Shown here: in pieces, positions 33,401 through 44,358 of the stretch
How positions within the stretch are numbered: position 1 is the first letter of the stretch
How the letters are laid out: each line of letters begins with the position of its first letter
Origin: Monocercomonoides exilis PA203
Lineage: Eukaryota > Protista > Preaxostyla
Assembly (NCBI GenBank): GCA_001643675.2
Contig: LSRY02000036.1
Location: 62,001-126,000, forward strand
Length of the DNA stretch: 64,000 nt
Reading direction: 5' to 3'
Made by a program: the position numbers and the translations under genes
The notes under the pieces: model-generated
The model's input: only the letters and a program-made list of their open reading frames with translations
Databases searched by the model: none
Told to the model about the DNA's origin: nothing

Positions 33401-36159
33401 TGAATATATTTTTGGTTTGTTTTCGAAAAAATTGGGGTTTTGATGCATTTGATGAATTTGATGAGTTTTGTGTATCGTTCAGAGAGAAGAGGAGAGGACA
33501 AATCGATCAAAGAAGACAGAACATTGCGGTATTTGCCCGGAATCGCAGCGCCAGAGCCGAGGATGATGACATTGCAGAGGGGATTGGGGGGTTGGTAGGA
33601 AGAGAAGGAAGAGGAAGGAGAGGAAGAAGAGGAAGAAGAAGAAATCTCTTCCACAATTTGTTTCATTCCACCTTCTCCACTTTCCTCATTTTTCTTTCCT
33701 TCATCCTCTTCCTTCTTCTTTTCCTTCTCCTTCTCCTTCTCCTTCTCCTTCTTCTCTTCTCCTTCTTCTTCTTCTTCTCCTTCCTTCTTCTTTTCCTCCA
33801 AATACTTGTCAATCCACTCCATCAATGGTTTGTTCATTTCTTCTCTTGAATATGGCTGTGAATGCCGAAACGTGACAGCATCTGAAAGCTCAACAGAAAC
33901 CTTTCTTTTGCCAATCGTTAGTTCGACAAAGGGAAAAGAAGAGGAGGAAGAAGAAGAAGAAGAAGAGGAAGAGGAAGAAGAAGAAGAAGAAGCAGTTGGA
34001 TAAAGAGAAGAATGAGAAGGTATTGAGGACAAACGAGAGATGAAAGAAGATGTGGAATGATTGGTTGGGTTGAAGTGAAGATGACTAGATGAGGAAGTTG
34101 TTTGGCTGGCAGAAGTGCTGTTTTGTTTGATTTGCGTAATGTTTTGTTCTTTTTCTTTCGATTTCTCTTTGTTTTCTTCTCTTTCTTCTCTTTCTTCTCT
34201 TTCTTCTTTTTCTTCTCTTTCTTTTTCTTCTTTTTCTTCTTTTTCATTTTTTTCTTTTCCTTCACTTTCTTTTCCTTTCCCACCTTTCTTCTCTTTCTTT
34301 CCTTTCTTCCCCTCTTTCTCATTATTCTTCATGTTTTTCTCATGATTTTCTTTATCCTTTTTGATTTTCTCATTCTTTTTAGCTTTTCCTTCTTTTTTCG
34401 CTTTCTCTTTCTCTCTTTCTTCGTCCGTTGGCTCATACAAACACACACGAAGACCTGGCTGTGCAAGCAAAACGACATTTTCACTGAATGTGAATGGAGA
34501 AGAAGAGTCTGTTGAAGAAGAAGGTGAAGGAGAAGAAGGTGAAGAAGAAGAAGAAGAAGAAGAAGAAAACGATGATGACGACGATAAAGTTGCAGATGAT
34601 GAATTATTTATTGTTATAATTCTGTCTTTCTTTATTTTCTCTTCCTCTTCTTCACTTGCTCCAATCTTGTAAAAAAACAAATCACTGTTCCTGTCATAAA
34701 AACATCTTTTCTCCTCCTCCTCTTCTTCTTCTTCTATTTCTTCCTCTTCCTCTTCCTCTCCCTCTTTCTTCCCCTTCCCTTTCCCTTTCCCCTTCCCTTT
34801 CCCCATTTTCATCTCCATCTCCCTCTCCCACTCGCTTTCCTCACCTTCCATCCTGGGGAAACACACATCATCAAACAGTGACATCGTGTTATGCAGCCTG
34901 ATCTGCGCAAACTGCGGGTTTATCTTCGGGCACATCTCATTCAGAAACACATGCTGTACTCTTCTCCCCAGCGACCGCATCCACTCCGCATAGCGCCAGT
35001 GGCGCACAACTGCCAGCGGCGTGAAGTGGAACACGAAGCAGCACACAGACAAACACTGCCGCTGCTCTGACTGCTCGCCCAGGCGGACGAGGAGCTGGGT
35101 GAGTTTGGAGTCTGCCCCCGATGCTTCGTCGCCCACCAGCGAGTCCAGCCACTCGACGCGGGGGCAGTCCACAACGGCAACCACAGGCAATGCGTGCGGC
35201 TCGCCCAAGACGTCTTCGGGTTTCACGACACGCCCGTCTTCTAATGTGACTTCTCCACCTTTCTGAAGAACTCCAAACATTTTGTTGTTCAATACGCCGA
35301 GCGATTGAGCTTTTGCAACGTTGAAACTGCCCAATTTCGGGTGGACGTCCATCACGTAGCACGCACACAAACGAGGGTTAGGAGAAGTTGTATCACTGTA
35401 AGTTTGCGATTGCTTCTCAGTTGCCTTTTGCTCGGAAAATTGATTTGATGAGTGTGTCGAATCCACAAAAACAGGCTTGGCAGGGATTGACGAAATTGTT
35501 TTCCTGCAAGACTCTGCAACATCGATCAAATTTTGAAGCAAAGATGAAGACGTTCTTTGAGCTCGTGAAGAATTAAGGTGAACAGATGCTTCATTTCTTT
35601 CAATAAGAAATAACTCGGGAATTTCTGTTTTGTACTCATCAAATATATTTTGAAGATTTGATTGAATTTGCATTGAATCATCTTCTATTGATAAATGCCC
35701 ATTAATGTTTGGATAAAGCTGATTCTGCTCCAAATAATTTGGAGGATGAAGTAAAACAGGATGAATCGTGACTCCTTGCTGAGAAAATGATAAATCACTT
35801 TCATCAAAGCAATTGAAATATTCAGTTAAATGTATTTTTGAATAATCTCTGTTAAGGTATATTTCTTCTACAGCAAGAAGAGCAGATAAGCCTTCAGGAC
35901 CATATAAAGAATATTCTTCGCAATGAGCTTGTTCTAAACTGAGCATAGCCCCTGGAAGACCGCTAATAGATCTATTTTCAAGCGAAGTAAACAAAAATGA
36001 CCGCACAGAAGACATTCCAACACCATATCCATTGCAAAATCGTTGCATTCCTTCTCCAACATTAAATAAATATTTGTTATCTCTAATTGTTATTAAAAGA
36101 GATGGAAAAGTGTCTAAATTTGCCGTTCCAATTATCTGTGCATTAAACAATTTGTTCAT
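30472..36159 (-). CDS. TRZ1: tRNase Z long form (ELAC2/Trz1), about 1895 aa, with low-complexity insertions
   Basis: YLFNVGEGMQRF N-terminus, flexible arm (LGV...VTLEDGRVVKPEDV), PxKxRN loop PGKYRNV, motif I FDCGEGT, motif II SHSHADH, SFTGDT, LIHECT, HST and LTHFSQRFPK. Likely ATG at 36159. Confidence 0.95.
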   Translation of the reverse strand: MNKLFNAQIIGTANLDTFPSLLITIRDNKYLFNVGEGMQRFCNGYGVGMSSVRSFLFTSLENRSISGLPGAMLSLEQAHCEEYSLYGPEGLSALLAVEEIYLNRDYSKIHLTEYFNCFDESDLSFSQQGVTIHPVLLHPPNYLEQNQLYPNINGHLSIEDDSMQIQSNLQNIFDEYKTEIPELFLIERNEASVHLNSSRAQRTSSSLLQNLIDVAESCRKTISSIPAKPVFVDSTHSSNQFSEQKATEKQSQTYSDTTSPNPRLCACYVMDVHPKLGSFNVAKAQSLGVLNNKMFGVLQKGGEVTLEDGRVVKPEDVLGEPHALPVVAVVDCPRVEWLDSLVGDEASGADSKLTQLLVRLGEQSEQRQCLSVCCFVFHFTPLAVVRHWRYAEWMRSLGRRVQHVFLNEMCPKINPQFAQIRLHNTMSLFDDVCFPRMEGEESEWEREMEMKMGKGKGKGKGKGKKEGEEEEEEEIEEEEEEEEKRCFYDRNSDLFFYKIGASEEEEEKIKKDRIITINNSSSATLSSSSSFSSSSSSSSSPSSPSPSSSTDSSSPFTFSENVVLLAQPGLRVCLYEPTDEEREKEKAKKEGKAKKNEKIKKDKENHEKNMKNNEKEGKKGKKEKKGGKGKESEGKEKNEKEEKEEKEREEKEEREEREEREENKEKSKEKEQNITQIKQNSTSASQTTSSSSHLHFNPTNHSTSSFISRLSSIPSHSSLYPTASSSSSSSSSSSSSSSSSSFPFVELTIGKRKVSVELSDAVTFRHSQPYSREEMNKPLMEWIDKYLEEKKKEGEEEEEGEEKKEKEKEKEKEKKKEEDEGKKNEESGEGGMKQIVEEISSSSSSSSPSSSFSSYQPPNPLCNVIILGSGAAIPGKYRNVLSSLIDLSSPLLSERYTKLIKFIKCIKTPIFSKTNQKYIQNVSSFLSNFNEINKKLKELKFSSLSLPFSSEDSMPFVPSSLLFDCGEGTLGQIRRYFYHRELRMRRKVEKREEEKMEEEKEEKRRNEGDEGDKGDEGEGEEGEGDEEKEKGERNERNERNKKNNQMKAQSNLLYELEEMEQEDAILSIQSIVISHSHADHCLSLWSFLIERERIRQKRLWQLKKWEEHQKEKEKKEKEKEKEKEKEKEKEKEKEKEKEVVGDREDGCDCCSCDEEQNNSDSLEVGYSSLSNSSSSSFSSSSPLSLYDLPFFPTPLHFLLLPPTLIAPWKTFLWLRFLTFYAPAPFIFIWMLNIAPQYPPPLSSSSSSSSSFSSSSSSSSFSLHPSENSCDCEECSCSNELSPFPQNFNPKENPIETRKQQINHKYVFSSPAFDNQGNPLQHFCCFSPSHSSMKFDAKPSDYFTSLIASYPTVKSPLASLLSDSKYSSSSSSSSSSSSSSSSSSDSQSFPHLTDPCIAFPFKSTSKLSSSSSSEQSTFTPFYPSLLSSSLPPPPFLPAPISPIFTPEPSPVISSFFSHVLFPIHRIVRAVFAHTNHSCRGSIAPILDFVLPNNTERAGQTVECCLNEKKLLSKEKSVGSDIVNDLSSESVISSISSCSSSPPSPPSSTTHSIFRISFTGDTSPTHFFSSEAQLSTILIHECTQQDSDEGHAIQQQHSTISQALLVAESMCPVCSVLTHFSQRFPKSMGGTEMLKNLGAKKREMLATLLALRKMKEMREMENGETDKKEANERERSREEECDKMIGKKTEKKGESHRDNEENGVEIEAAVKETHSAERMLENLESLEEVRSVFEELCADSEASKVDQTVTLEAAVNALMRIAVDVTEAKHDEGEEEDNDKIIDEEAHRVNESDSRLQKILRKAAALLSKCDFNSAIGPVTDIVLATDYLSIPIISREDAMENTFLRKSIEQCSGLFKNGCSTLSSAFIYKPSIVDSYLLLLDIFALAKGNDPPKKNK

Positions 36160-36245
36160 TATTTGTGAAAAAGAGAAAACAACAGATAATATGTTTAATA
36201 TGGGAAGTGAGAGTTTTGTTAACACTTTGCTTTCTTTTAAAAATG

Positions 36246-37187
36246 TTAAGATATTCCTTCCCACTCATTAAAAAAATTAATCAAATAATCAATCATTATT
36301 TTATGTCGTTTCTCTGCGATTTTCTTACCTGAAGCAGTTTTCATCATTGATGTAATGTGTAAGAGTTTGTCGAAAAAATGCTGAATTGTTGATGAATCAG
36401 CCTTTGTAACGATTGGCTGTCCTATAATTTCTTCAATATCATCAGGTTCGCGCAATTTATCGATAAACGATTCAATTTGTATTGAACTCTTTTCAGAAGA
36501 TGAAATGCATGCTTCAGATGATGTTGACGAAGATGATTCAAGATGAAATGATTCAAAAATTAGAGATTTTGCATCTGTATTAAATATTGATCTGTTCTTA
36601 GAGCCTCCATATGCAAATGCGCGAGCAATACCTTTGAAAAAAATAAAACTTTCAATAAAAAAATCTAAAGCATATAATTTGAAAACCAATTGCACCAATT
36701 GCGTCAAGTCTATCTGCATCTTGGACAATGTATAGTTCATGCAGAAATGGATGGGATTCACTTTGATATATTTCTTTGCTATTTATTTCTGTAGAAAATG
36801 AAACATTCTCTATCACAAAAAGTATCCCTTCAATGTCTGGTTTGTGAATAGATAATTGAATCAAAAAATTAACAACTCTCTGTTTTGCTTCTTCTGGAGT
36901 TGTTCTACATATTTTTCTGTCAATAACATCATGAAGAAGAGAACCAAAATAAATTATTGAAGGATTGCACATCGCTTCATCCTATTTGCATTTAATAAAA
37001 TTAAAAATACGTATAAAAGCTTTTTTCTCGATTTTTTAAAATATATTCTTTTTTTGTCACAAACATATTTCAACAAGTTGCATGAATTTCGATATACTCT
37101 TATACAGTGATAAATGTCGTGACTTCCTTCACTGCTAATTTCTTCTTTTAGAAAAGCAATTGTTTTTTCGTAAAATGTTTCTTCCAT
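36246..37187 (-). CDS. HD-domain metal-dependent phosphohydrolase (YedJ/YpgQ-like), 3 exons
   Basis: [40 protein letters not shown] and HFFDKLL...MKT.SGK..A..RH motifs. Introns 37064-36982 (phase 0) and 36686-36632 (phase 1). Confidence 0.92.
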
Positions 37188-37961
37188 TTCAAGTTATTTA
37201 AAATTTTGTTTTGGGTATTTTTTCGAATTAAAATATATAAAGGAATGACAGCTTGCTTTAATATTAATCATTGAAATAATAATCAAATTACAAATGAAAA
37301 ACAAAGTCCAGAAAATATTAAAGAAAGTGCAAATTTCTGAAAAATCAATAATTTAATTAAAATAAATGCTTTAAAAATAATTTTTCTTGAATTGAAAACT
37401 GTATTCATATCACCCTGTTTGTTTCATGCAGAATGAATCAGTCAATAAAAAGCACGTGACAAAGTTATAAAAGTTCGGAATCATCTTCTTGAATGGAAAA
37501 AATTTTAAAATTTTGAAAAAAAATAACTTTTCAATCGCATAATTCAAAAGCAAGCATAAAACAGGTTTTCTTAAAAAAAACCGCAACTTGAATTTGTTGT
37601 GCTTCAATCACAAATTAATGAATTTCCTGGATAAAGAAATATTGAAGGGTTTTCAAATTGCACTTTATGGATTATTTGTGATTTTGTTACATAGTCAATC
37701 ATCAATTACATTTTCGAATTATCCAAAACAACAAGAAAATCTTCTCCAAAGTATTCCCTTTATCTCATTTCCTTCATGAGATTGAAAAAATTGAAGTTAT
37801 TGGAATGATTAGAATCATAAAGGCCTGATGATAAAAAAACCATAAAAGAGAGATAAATAAAAGATAACAATTGTGAAGACATTCTGCAAGGATTTGGCGA
37901 AATACAAAATTAGTCAATCTGGAGAAAACGAAATATTTTCAAAAAGACAAAAAACTTTGAT

Positions 37962-39400
37962 TCAAAAGGAAAAAATGCCATCTGTAAAAAAAAAAAAAAA
38001 AAAAAAGAATGAATGAACAGAAAAAAGAAAAGGAAGAAGAAAAAGCAATTTCCTCGGAATTTTAACAATTCGCCCAATAGTCATAAGTGTTCCTTGAATC
38101 GAAACCCCCAGAGCTTTCATTGAGATAAGAAACCGGACACAACAGCTGATGATAAAGTCTTCACAGTCTTCCTCTTCCATTTCCTCTTATATCTTTCATT
38201 TGCTCCTATTGATCTTATCTCCACTCCAATACTTGTTCCAATCCAACAGTTTTTATTATGGATTAAAAAGAGTTGGAAAAACGTCAACAATTCCTTCCAT
38301 GATATAACCTGAAATAGTTTGCTTCAATGCAACCTCTCAAACAGCTTCAAGAGCTCAGACTTTCGAAATTTTAACAAAGCCCATATCATTGTGAAAAAGC
38401 ATAAACGATGGTTAATGGAACAAACCCTACTCACTCTTGTGTTGTTCTCTTTTGCTAATACACATTTTGCAGTTGGATTCAACCAATGCAATATTATCTC
38501 TTTTCCTCCTGATCAAACTGGGAGAAAAATATCTATCTAAATCCAACTTACCATTGATTATACTCCTTTTTTTTCTGGTCTATCCTTTTTCATCCATTCC
38601 ATGCACTTTGAAAGTTCGTTCAATTCTCTTGTGACTTATCTCACTATATTCAACTCTTTCATTAGCAATCTTTTATATTCTTAATGATACAAGAGTGTGA
38701 TCAAAAACTCTCATTCAGACTGATGGTCAAGTCGTGTCAGATAGTGAGGTTTTTAATGATATTTCATGACTTTTTTGATTTCATCCAGATAAAGATCTTT
38801 AAAAATTTCCAAATTAAAAGTGTGAACATTAACATGAGCATTTCAATTTTTAATTCCATTCATACATTTCCATTTTAAATGTTTCTCAAAATCAGAAATG
38901 CTATTTCAACTTCTTTTTGGTTTTCCACATTTTCCTCCTTACTCAATGCAACTTTCAAAAATTTTATTGAAACAAACAGGAAGCAATTCCTTTGGGATTT
39001 CATGTGCAGAATTATTCAAAGACATATTGCATTCGTATTGATCAATAAGCGGTTTTTCATTTTTTTTTCTTTTTTTCTCTTCTTCCTCATCTTCTTCTAT
39101 TTTTTTCTGTTTTATAACTTTCCATATCTGTTTCATGAAACCCAAACAGTTTCTGTTCTGTGTTACACCCAATATTGTCAATTAAGTGTTCGAATTTCTC
39201 ATTGAAAAATACAAAAGACAAGTTAATAAAAGTTAATGGTCATTTTTCACCTTTGAAACAATTTTTTTCAAGCTTCACAGTTCTCTTTTCTTTGAATTTT
39301 CATCGAGCATGCAGCAACTCAAAACAACTTCAGAAAAGAAAATACGAATGTATTTGTTGATTATTTGAGAAGGCATGATCTTTGTTTATTCCAATGAAAG
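37962..39400 (-). pseudogene. Decayed 'LTRLAYQSAW' family copy
   Basis: The minus strand gives DLYLDEIKKVMKYH*...LTRLDHQSE*EFL, KEVEIAF and MEEEDCEDFI, with many stops and frameshifts. Confidence 0.75.
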
Positions 39401-41205
39401 ATAGTTCTCTTGCATCCATTCTTCAAAAATCATTTTTCAGAAGTGTTGTTTTCTTTTCTTCTTTGATCATTCCAAACTCTCGAACAGACAGATTTCACAC
39501 ATATTGAAATCAACAAATACTCAAATCAGTAATTTATTTCTTTCAGTCATACAAGCAAATATCTTTCCATTCAAACCTCAAGATTCACTATTCCATTTAT
39601 CAACGTCACAACAATTTCTCCACATTCTCTTCTTATCATTGCTTCACTTGATATTTCAGAGCTTCTGATGGTGTCTTTGAATGAGAAAAAACTAAAGCAC
39701 ACAAAACTGTCTCATTAATTCATCAAAAACAAAAGTTAACAAATTTGCTCCTTTCATAAAATTTCACAGGACACAATAACCTGAAGTTTCGCAATATCTG
39801 GGTTAAAATTGATTCTTGCCTTTTGTCTGACCATCTATCTATTTATAAGAAAATTGTCTCATTCTTTTCTTATGAAACAAGGACAACAATATGAAAAAAT
39901 GATGTATTTTTTCTTCTTTATCAATGAAGAACAGCGATCAGCGATTGAAAAGGAGGAGAAACCGTTTGCAACAAAAGAAGTGTAATTTCCGAGAAACACA
40001 GCAACAAATATGTTTTTACGTGTGAAAGTTGAAACAAGTCGAAAATTTTTGAAAAATACCTCCAATTGAAAAAAAAAGTCTCTAAGAAGAACTTTGAAGT
40101 TGAACTCTGATGAATGATTAATGCAAAGAAGACAATAAGCTCCTTTAAGTCTAATCCTCAGCTCACTTTTGAAGAAGATGGAAAATAGAATGATTCTCTC
40201 CTTTCTCATTCAAAATGAAATATGTCTGAAAATGAAAATGATAAACAAAATATCAATGCTCATAAACCAGCTCATCGGAAAATGGTCAAATGTTGAAGTG
40301 GAAGATTATCTCACGGATTTTTATCAATGAAGAAAGAAATACACTTCCTTTTTTGTCATTAATATGCAAATTTCAAAGCTGTCATTTCAATTGCATTAAG
40401 AAGAATATTGTCCATTCCTTATAGAAAATAATTCTCCACCACAAAGAGTTGAGTGCAGTCATATTCTTTCCAAATGATTGCACCATAGTTATGAAAAGAA
40501 ATAAACCATTATTTTCCAAGTTTTTCCTTCGGTAAATCCATAATTATTTTTTGCTTTTTTTCTTATTTGCGGCTTAATTTGTGAAATTATGAAAAAAACT
40601 GAAATTTGTTCAAAACTTTTTCTTCAATTTTATCACAACAAGTTGACCACGACAATGCAAAAAAATATTGAAAATTTAGAAAAAAAAGGGAAAAATATTT
40701 GAAAATATAGTGTGGAACAAAATTCATAAAGCAAAAGAAAAAACTTCCCATTTATTCTATTCATAAAACAATTCACTTCAATTCTGGAATTCTTTCCATT
40801 TTCAACTGCTTTGAAATTTCGAAAAATAGTCAATGCACTTTTTGAAAATAAGAAAAAATGAAAACATTCATACCAAACAAATCTCTCGTTTTTAAAATAA
40901 TGAAATCAGATCGTTTTTGTGAAGCCTTCAAAAGCACAAATCCTTGTTTTCTTTAAGAAAAACCCAAGGAATGGTATCAGTGCTGTTGTTTTCTGGATTT
41001 CAACGAGTTTTTATTCATCAATTTTCTCATCATTTTGCATCTTTGTTTATGCGTGAATGATAAAATATGGACATTTATTGGATTTAATGGTTTTGCACAA
41101 GGATAGGAGAATGTTGGCATTGAACAGTTTTATGGTGCGTGTGTTTGAATTCAATTGATGGAGTGGAGATTCCTTTCTATTTTCGCTTTTTTATTAAAAA
41201 AAGAT

Positions 41206-42531
41206 ATGTTTCCTGAATTTGATTTTGCAGAAGAAGAGGAAAGACTGATGAAGGAAGAAATGAACGGAATGCTGGAGAAAATGGGTAAAGAAAGACTGAA
41301 GCCATTTTTCTCGAAAGAAGAATTCGATGAAAATTACGAATTAATTTTGAAAAACAAATATCCATTTGAAAAAGCGCTTGATTTGCTAAAACATGTTGGG
41401 TTCGAAAATACGATAAAAACAACAGGGCACTCAATCTTTACAGACACTTCCTTGAAGAAAAGATTTGAGAAGATGCTTATTGATGAAAACGAAAAAACAG
41501 AAGGAAAGGATGAAAAGCTTCTGATAGATCTTTGCGAATGCTATTTATTATGGTATGCAGCATATCGTCACATCAATGAAGACGTGTTACGAATTTGTGA
41601 GCCTTGCCTTCTGAAAAATGCTTTGATGAAAAATAAAAGAGAAGAAACGCAAAAAGAAGTGGAAATTTCTTTGCTGGCTTTGAACAAGATTCCAGTATTT
41701 GAAGTTTGAGAACATTTTTCCCATTTTGATATTTTTGCTTTTTTTTTTTCTTGTTTTTTTGATAAGAGATTGGATAAAGAACTGTATCTGAAAGAGGTCA
41801 AGGAGATCATTGAATATCATCAGGTGCATCGCAATTTGACAAGACTCGCATATCAGTCTGCTTGGCAGTTTTTGATGATTCGGGTGGCATATGATAATGA
41901 TTTGGAAAGAGTTATTGTCCGTGAGCTGCATTGCGCGAGAGAAGTAGCAAGAGAACTGGAAGAGCTGGCAAGGTGTGTGGATTGGAAGAGAAAAGAGGAA
42001 GAGAAAAGAGAAAAAGAAAGCAGAGAAGCGAAAATCCTCAATCGATGGCTTCTGACGATGATGTATTTCTTGGAACACTGTCGGCTGTGGAATGAAGAAA
42101 TTGTTGAGCTTTTTAACAGCATTGTTCAGATATTTCAAGTGGCAAAGGATGATCGCAGAGACATTAGCAGAAAATGCATTGATTGCTTTCGAAATGCTGA
42201 ATATAACAGAACCATTGAAATGGATATCTTGTTGAAGTGCGGTGTTATTGACATAATATTTGGGGAAACTGTCAAGTGTAAGGCCGAAGACTTGCAAATA
42301 AAATGCAATTTAAATTTTTTCAAAGATCTTTGTGACAGATTAAAAGAAAAGGTGGAAGAAGGAAATGGTGTATCAAGACAAAAAGATACGAAAAGAAAAA
42401 TTTATGAAAAGGAAGAAGAAGAAGGATTTGAAGATTTCGTCATAAGTCTTCATGTGATTCTGCCTCGCTGTACTCTTCGCCGTCAACTTCATAACAGGAT
42501 TTGTTTCTCTGATTATGTTGTTTATCTGTAA
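41206..42531 (+). CDS. 'LTRLAYQSAW' family member, 2 exons
   Basis: Phase-0 intron 41704-41766 at the same position as in the 18.6-20.0 kb paralogue; shared FFSKEEFDE, DLCECY, LTRLAYQSAW and EEEGFED motifs. Start codon approximate. Confidence 0.8.
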
Positions 42532-42750
42532 AGCTTATCTTTTTCTTCATAATGATCAATTTGATAAAGATCTGAAAAGCATGTAGAAGCAGAAGATGAA
42601 GTGAAAAAATAAAAGATATTCTGCAGTTGGAGAAAAGAAACCAATGGATCATGCATTAAATCAAATCGACAGATATTCTTGAGCTCAAATGAATCAAATT
42701 ACACCTTTAAAAGTTTGATCATTGGAAGAATAGAACATGAAATCAACAGA

Positions 42751-43755
42751 AGGGTGGTTTTTTTATCCTGACATTTTTTTTAATCCGGACATTTTTTTTT
42801 ATTGGCGTATCTTACTAAATAAAAACTAAAAACAAAAAAAGCATATTGCACCAGGTTTGAGCACGTATTAAATGTTCATACAAAAAAAAATTTTTTTGTC
42901 AATTTTTGTTTTTGATGAAGATCTTGAGAAAGTTCAATTTATTTTTGATCATTTGTTTTGCTCGTTTTTAATCGACGCTCTTTTTCTGTCAGTTTTTAGC
43001 TACTGGACCATGAATCATTCGTGATTATCATATATAATTTCGAATCTTTTTTGTTTTTTCTTATTTTTTCACGAGTTTTTCGCATTTCATCGTTTTTGAC
43101 AAAAATCATGAAAAACTGAAAATAATGAGCTTTACAATATTTATTAGATGTTTTTAATGATGTGCATGAAAAGGAAAATACTTTTAGGAAGTCTTTATTT
43201 GGTTATAACTTTGTGAAGTATTGTTGCAATAGTTGTATCAATCAGTTTTTGATTATAACTTTTTTGTTCATTTCATTTTTGTTTCAATTTAATATGACTA
43301 ACAAATGAAATATGTAATGTATTTTTATCTTTTTAACATGGCATGTTGTAATATTAATCGTAAAATACAACAATAGTTAAGAAATTTTCAGTTTTTCATG
43401 ATTTTTGTCAAAAACGATGAAATGCGAAAAACTCGTGAAAAAATAAGAAAAAACAAAAAAGATTCGAAATTATATATGATAATCACGAATGATTCATGGT
43501 CCAGTAGCTAAAAACTGACAGAAAAAGAGCGTCGATTAAAAACGAGCAAAACAAATGATCAAAAATAAATTGAACTTTCTCAAGATCTTCATCAAAAACA
43601 AAAATTGACAAAAAAATTTTTTTTGTATGAACATTTAATACGTGCTCAAGCCTGGTGCAATATGCTTTTTTTGTTTTTAGTTTTTATTTAGTAAGATACG
43701 CCAATAAAAAAAAATGTCCGGATTAAAAAAAATGTCAGGATAAAAAAACCACCCT
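42751..43755. mobile_element. About 1-kb MITE/foldback element with 372-373-bp near-perfect TIRs
   Basis: 42751-43123 is the reverse complement of 43384-43755 (one substitution seen, GGTTTGAG vs GGCTTGAG, plus a 1-bp length difference). The 260-bp spacer is non-coding. Confidence 0.9.
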
Positions 43756-44358
43756 ATTTTTTTTATGGCTTTAAATTTTGGTCTGTTTGATAGAAAAAAT
43801 TAATTGAATCAAAAATGGATTTTTGAAACATTTTATATTTCCCTGATCGAGCAAACGCTGAATGGCAAATTCATGAAACCTTGTTGAAAAAAATTGTAAA
43901 TCAAAAGTCACTCACAAACAATTTTTGAAACTCGTTAGTTTTTAAAAAATTGATATGAATGCTACACAGCCAAAAACGTTGAAAATAAAAAATACGTGTT
44001 AATCTCAAAAGCATAAATACATCCAATAAAAAATAGATTGGCTTGTATCAACATATCAGTAAAATTATCATTTTCATGCTGCTGAAAACATTTGTAAAAT
44101 AGATATAGAAGAAAATTTGAAAATGCATGTATATATATAAGTTTATAAAAAATAAAAATTAAATAAAAAATTACTTAAAATTCAAAGTAATTGAAAAGAA
44201 ACTCTTTTGAAAAAAGCTCATTACTCTTTCGAAAATACTTTAAATCATTTCAAATCTAAATATAAATTAAACAGTACAAAATTGAGCATTGAAAAAAAAA
44301 AATTAAACAAAAATTCAAATTAAACATGTACAGATAAATCTCATCAAAGTTTGTCTTT

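Noticed and set aside
36160-36264. N-terminal extension of tRNase Z as a targeting peptide
   Set aside because: It overlaps the HD gene end and homology starts after ATG 36159; there is no supporting evidence.
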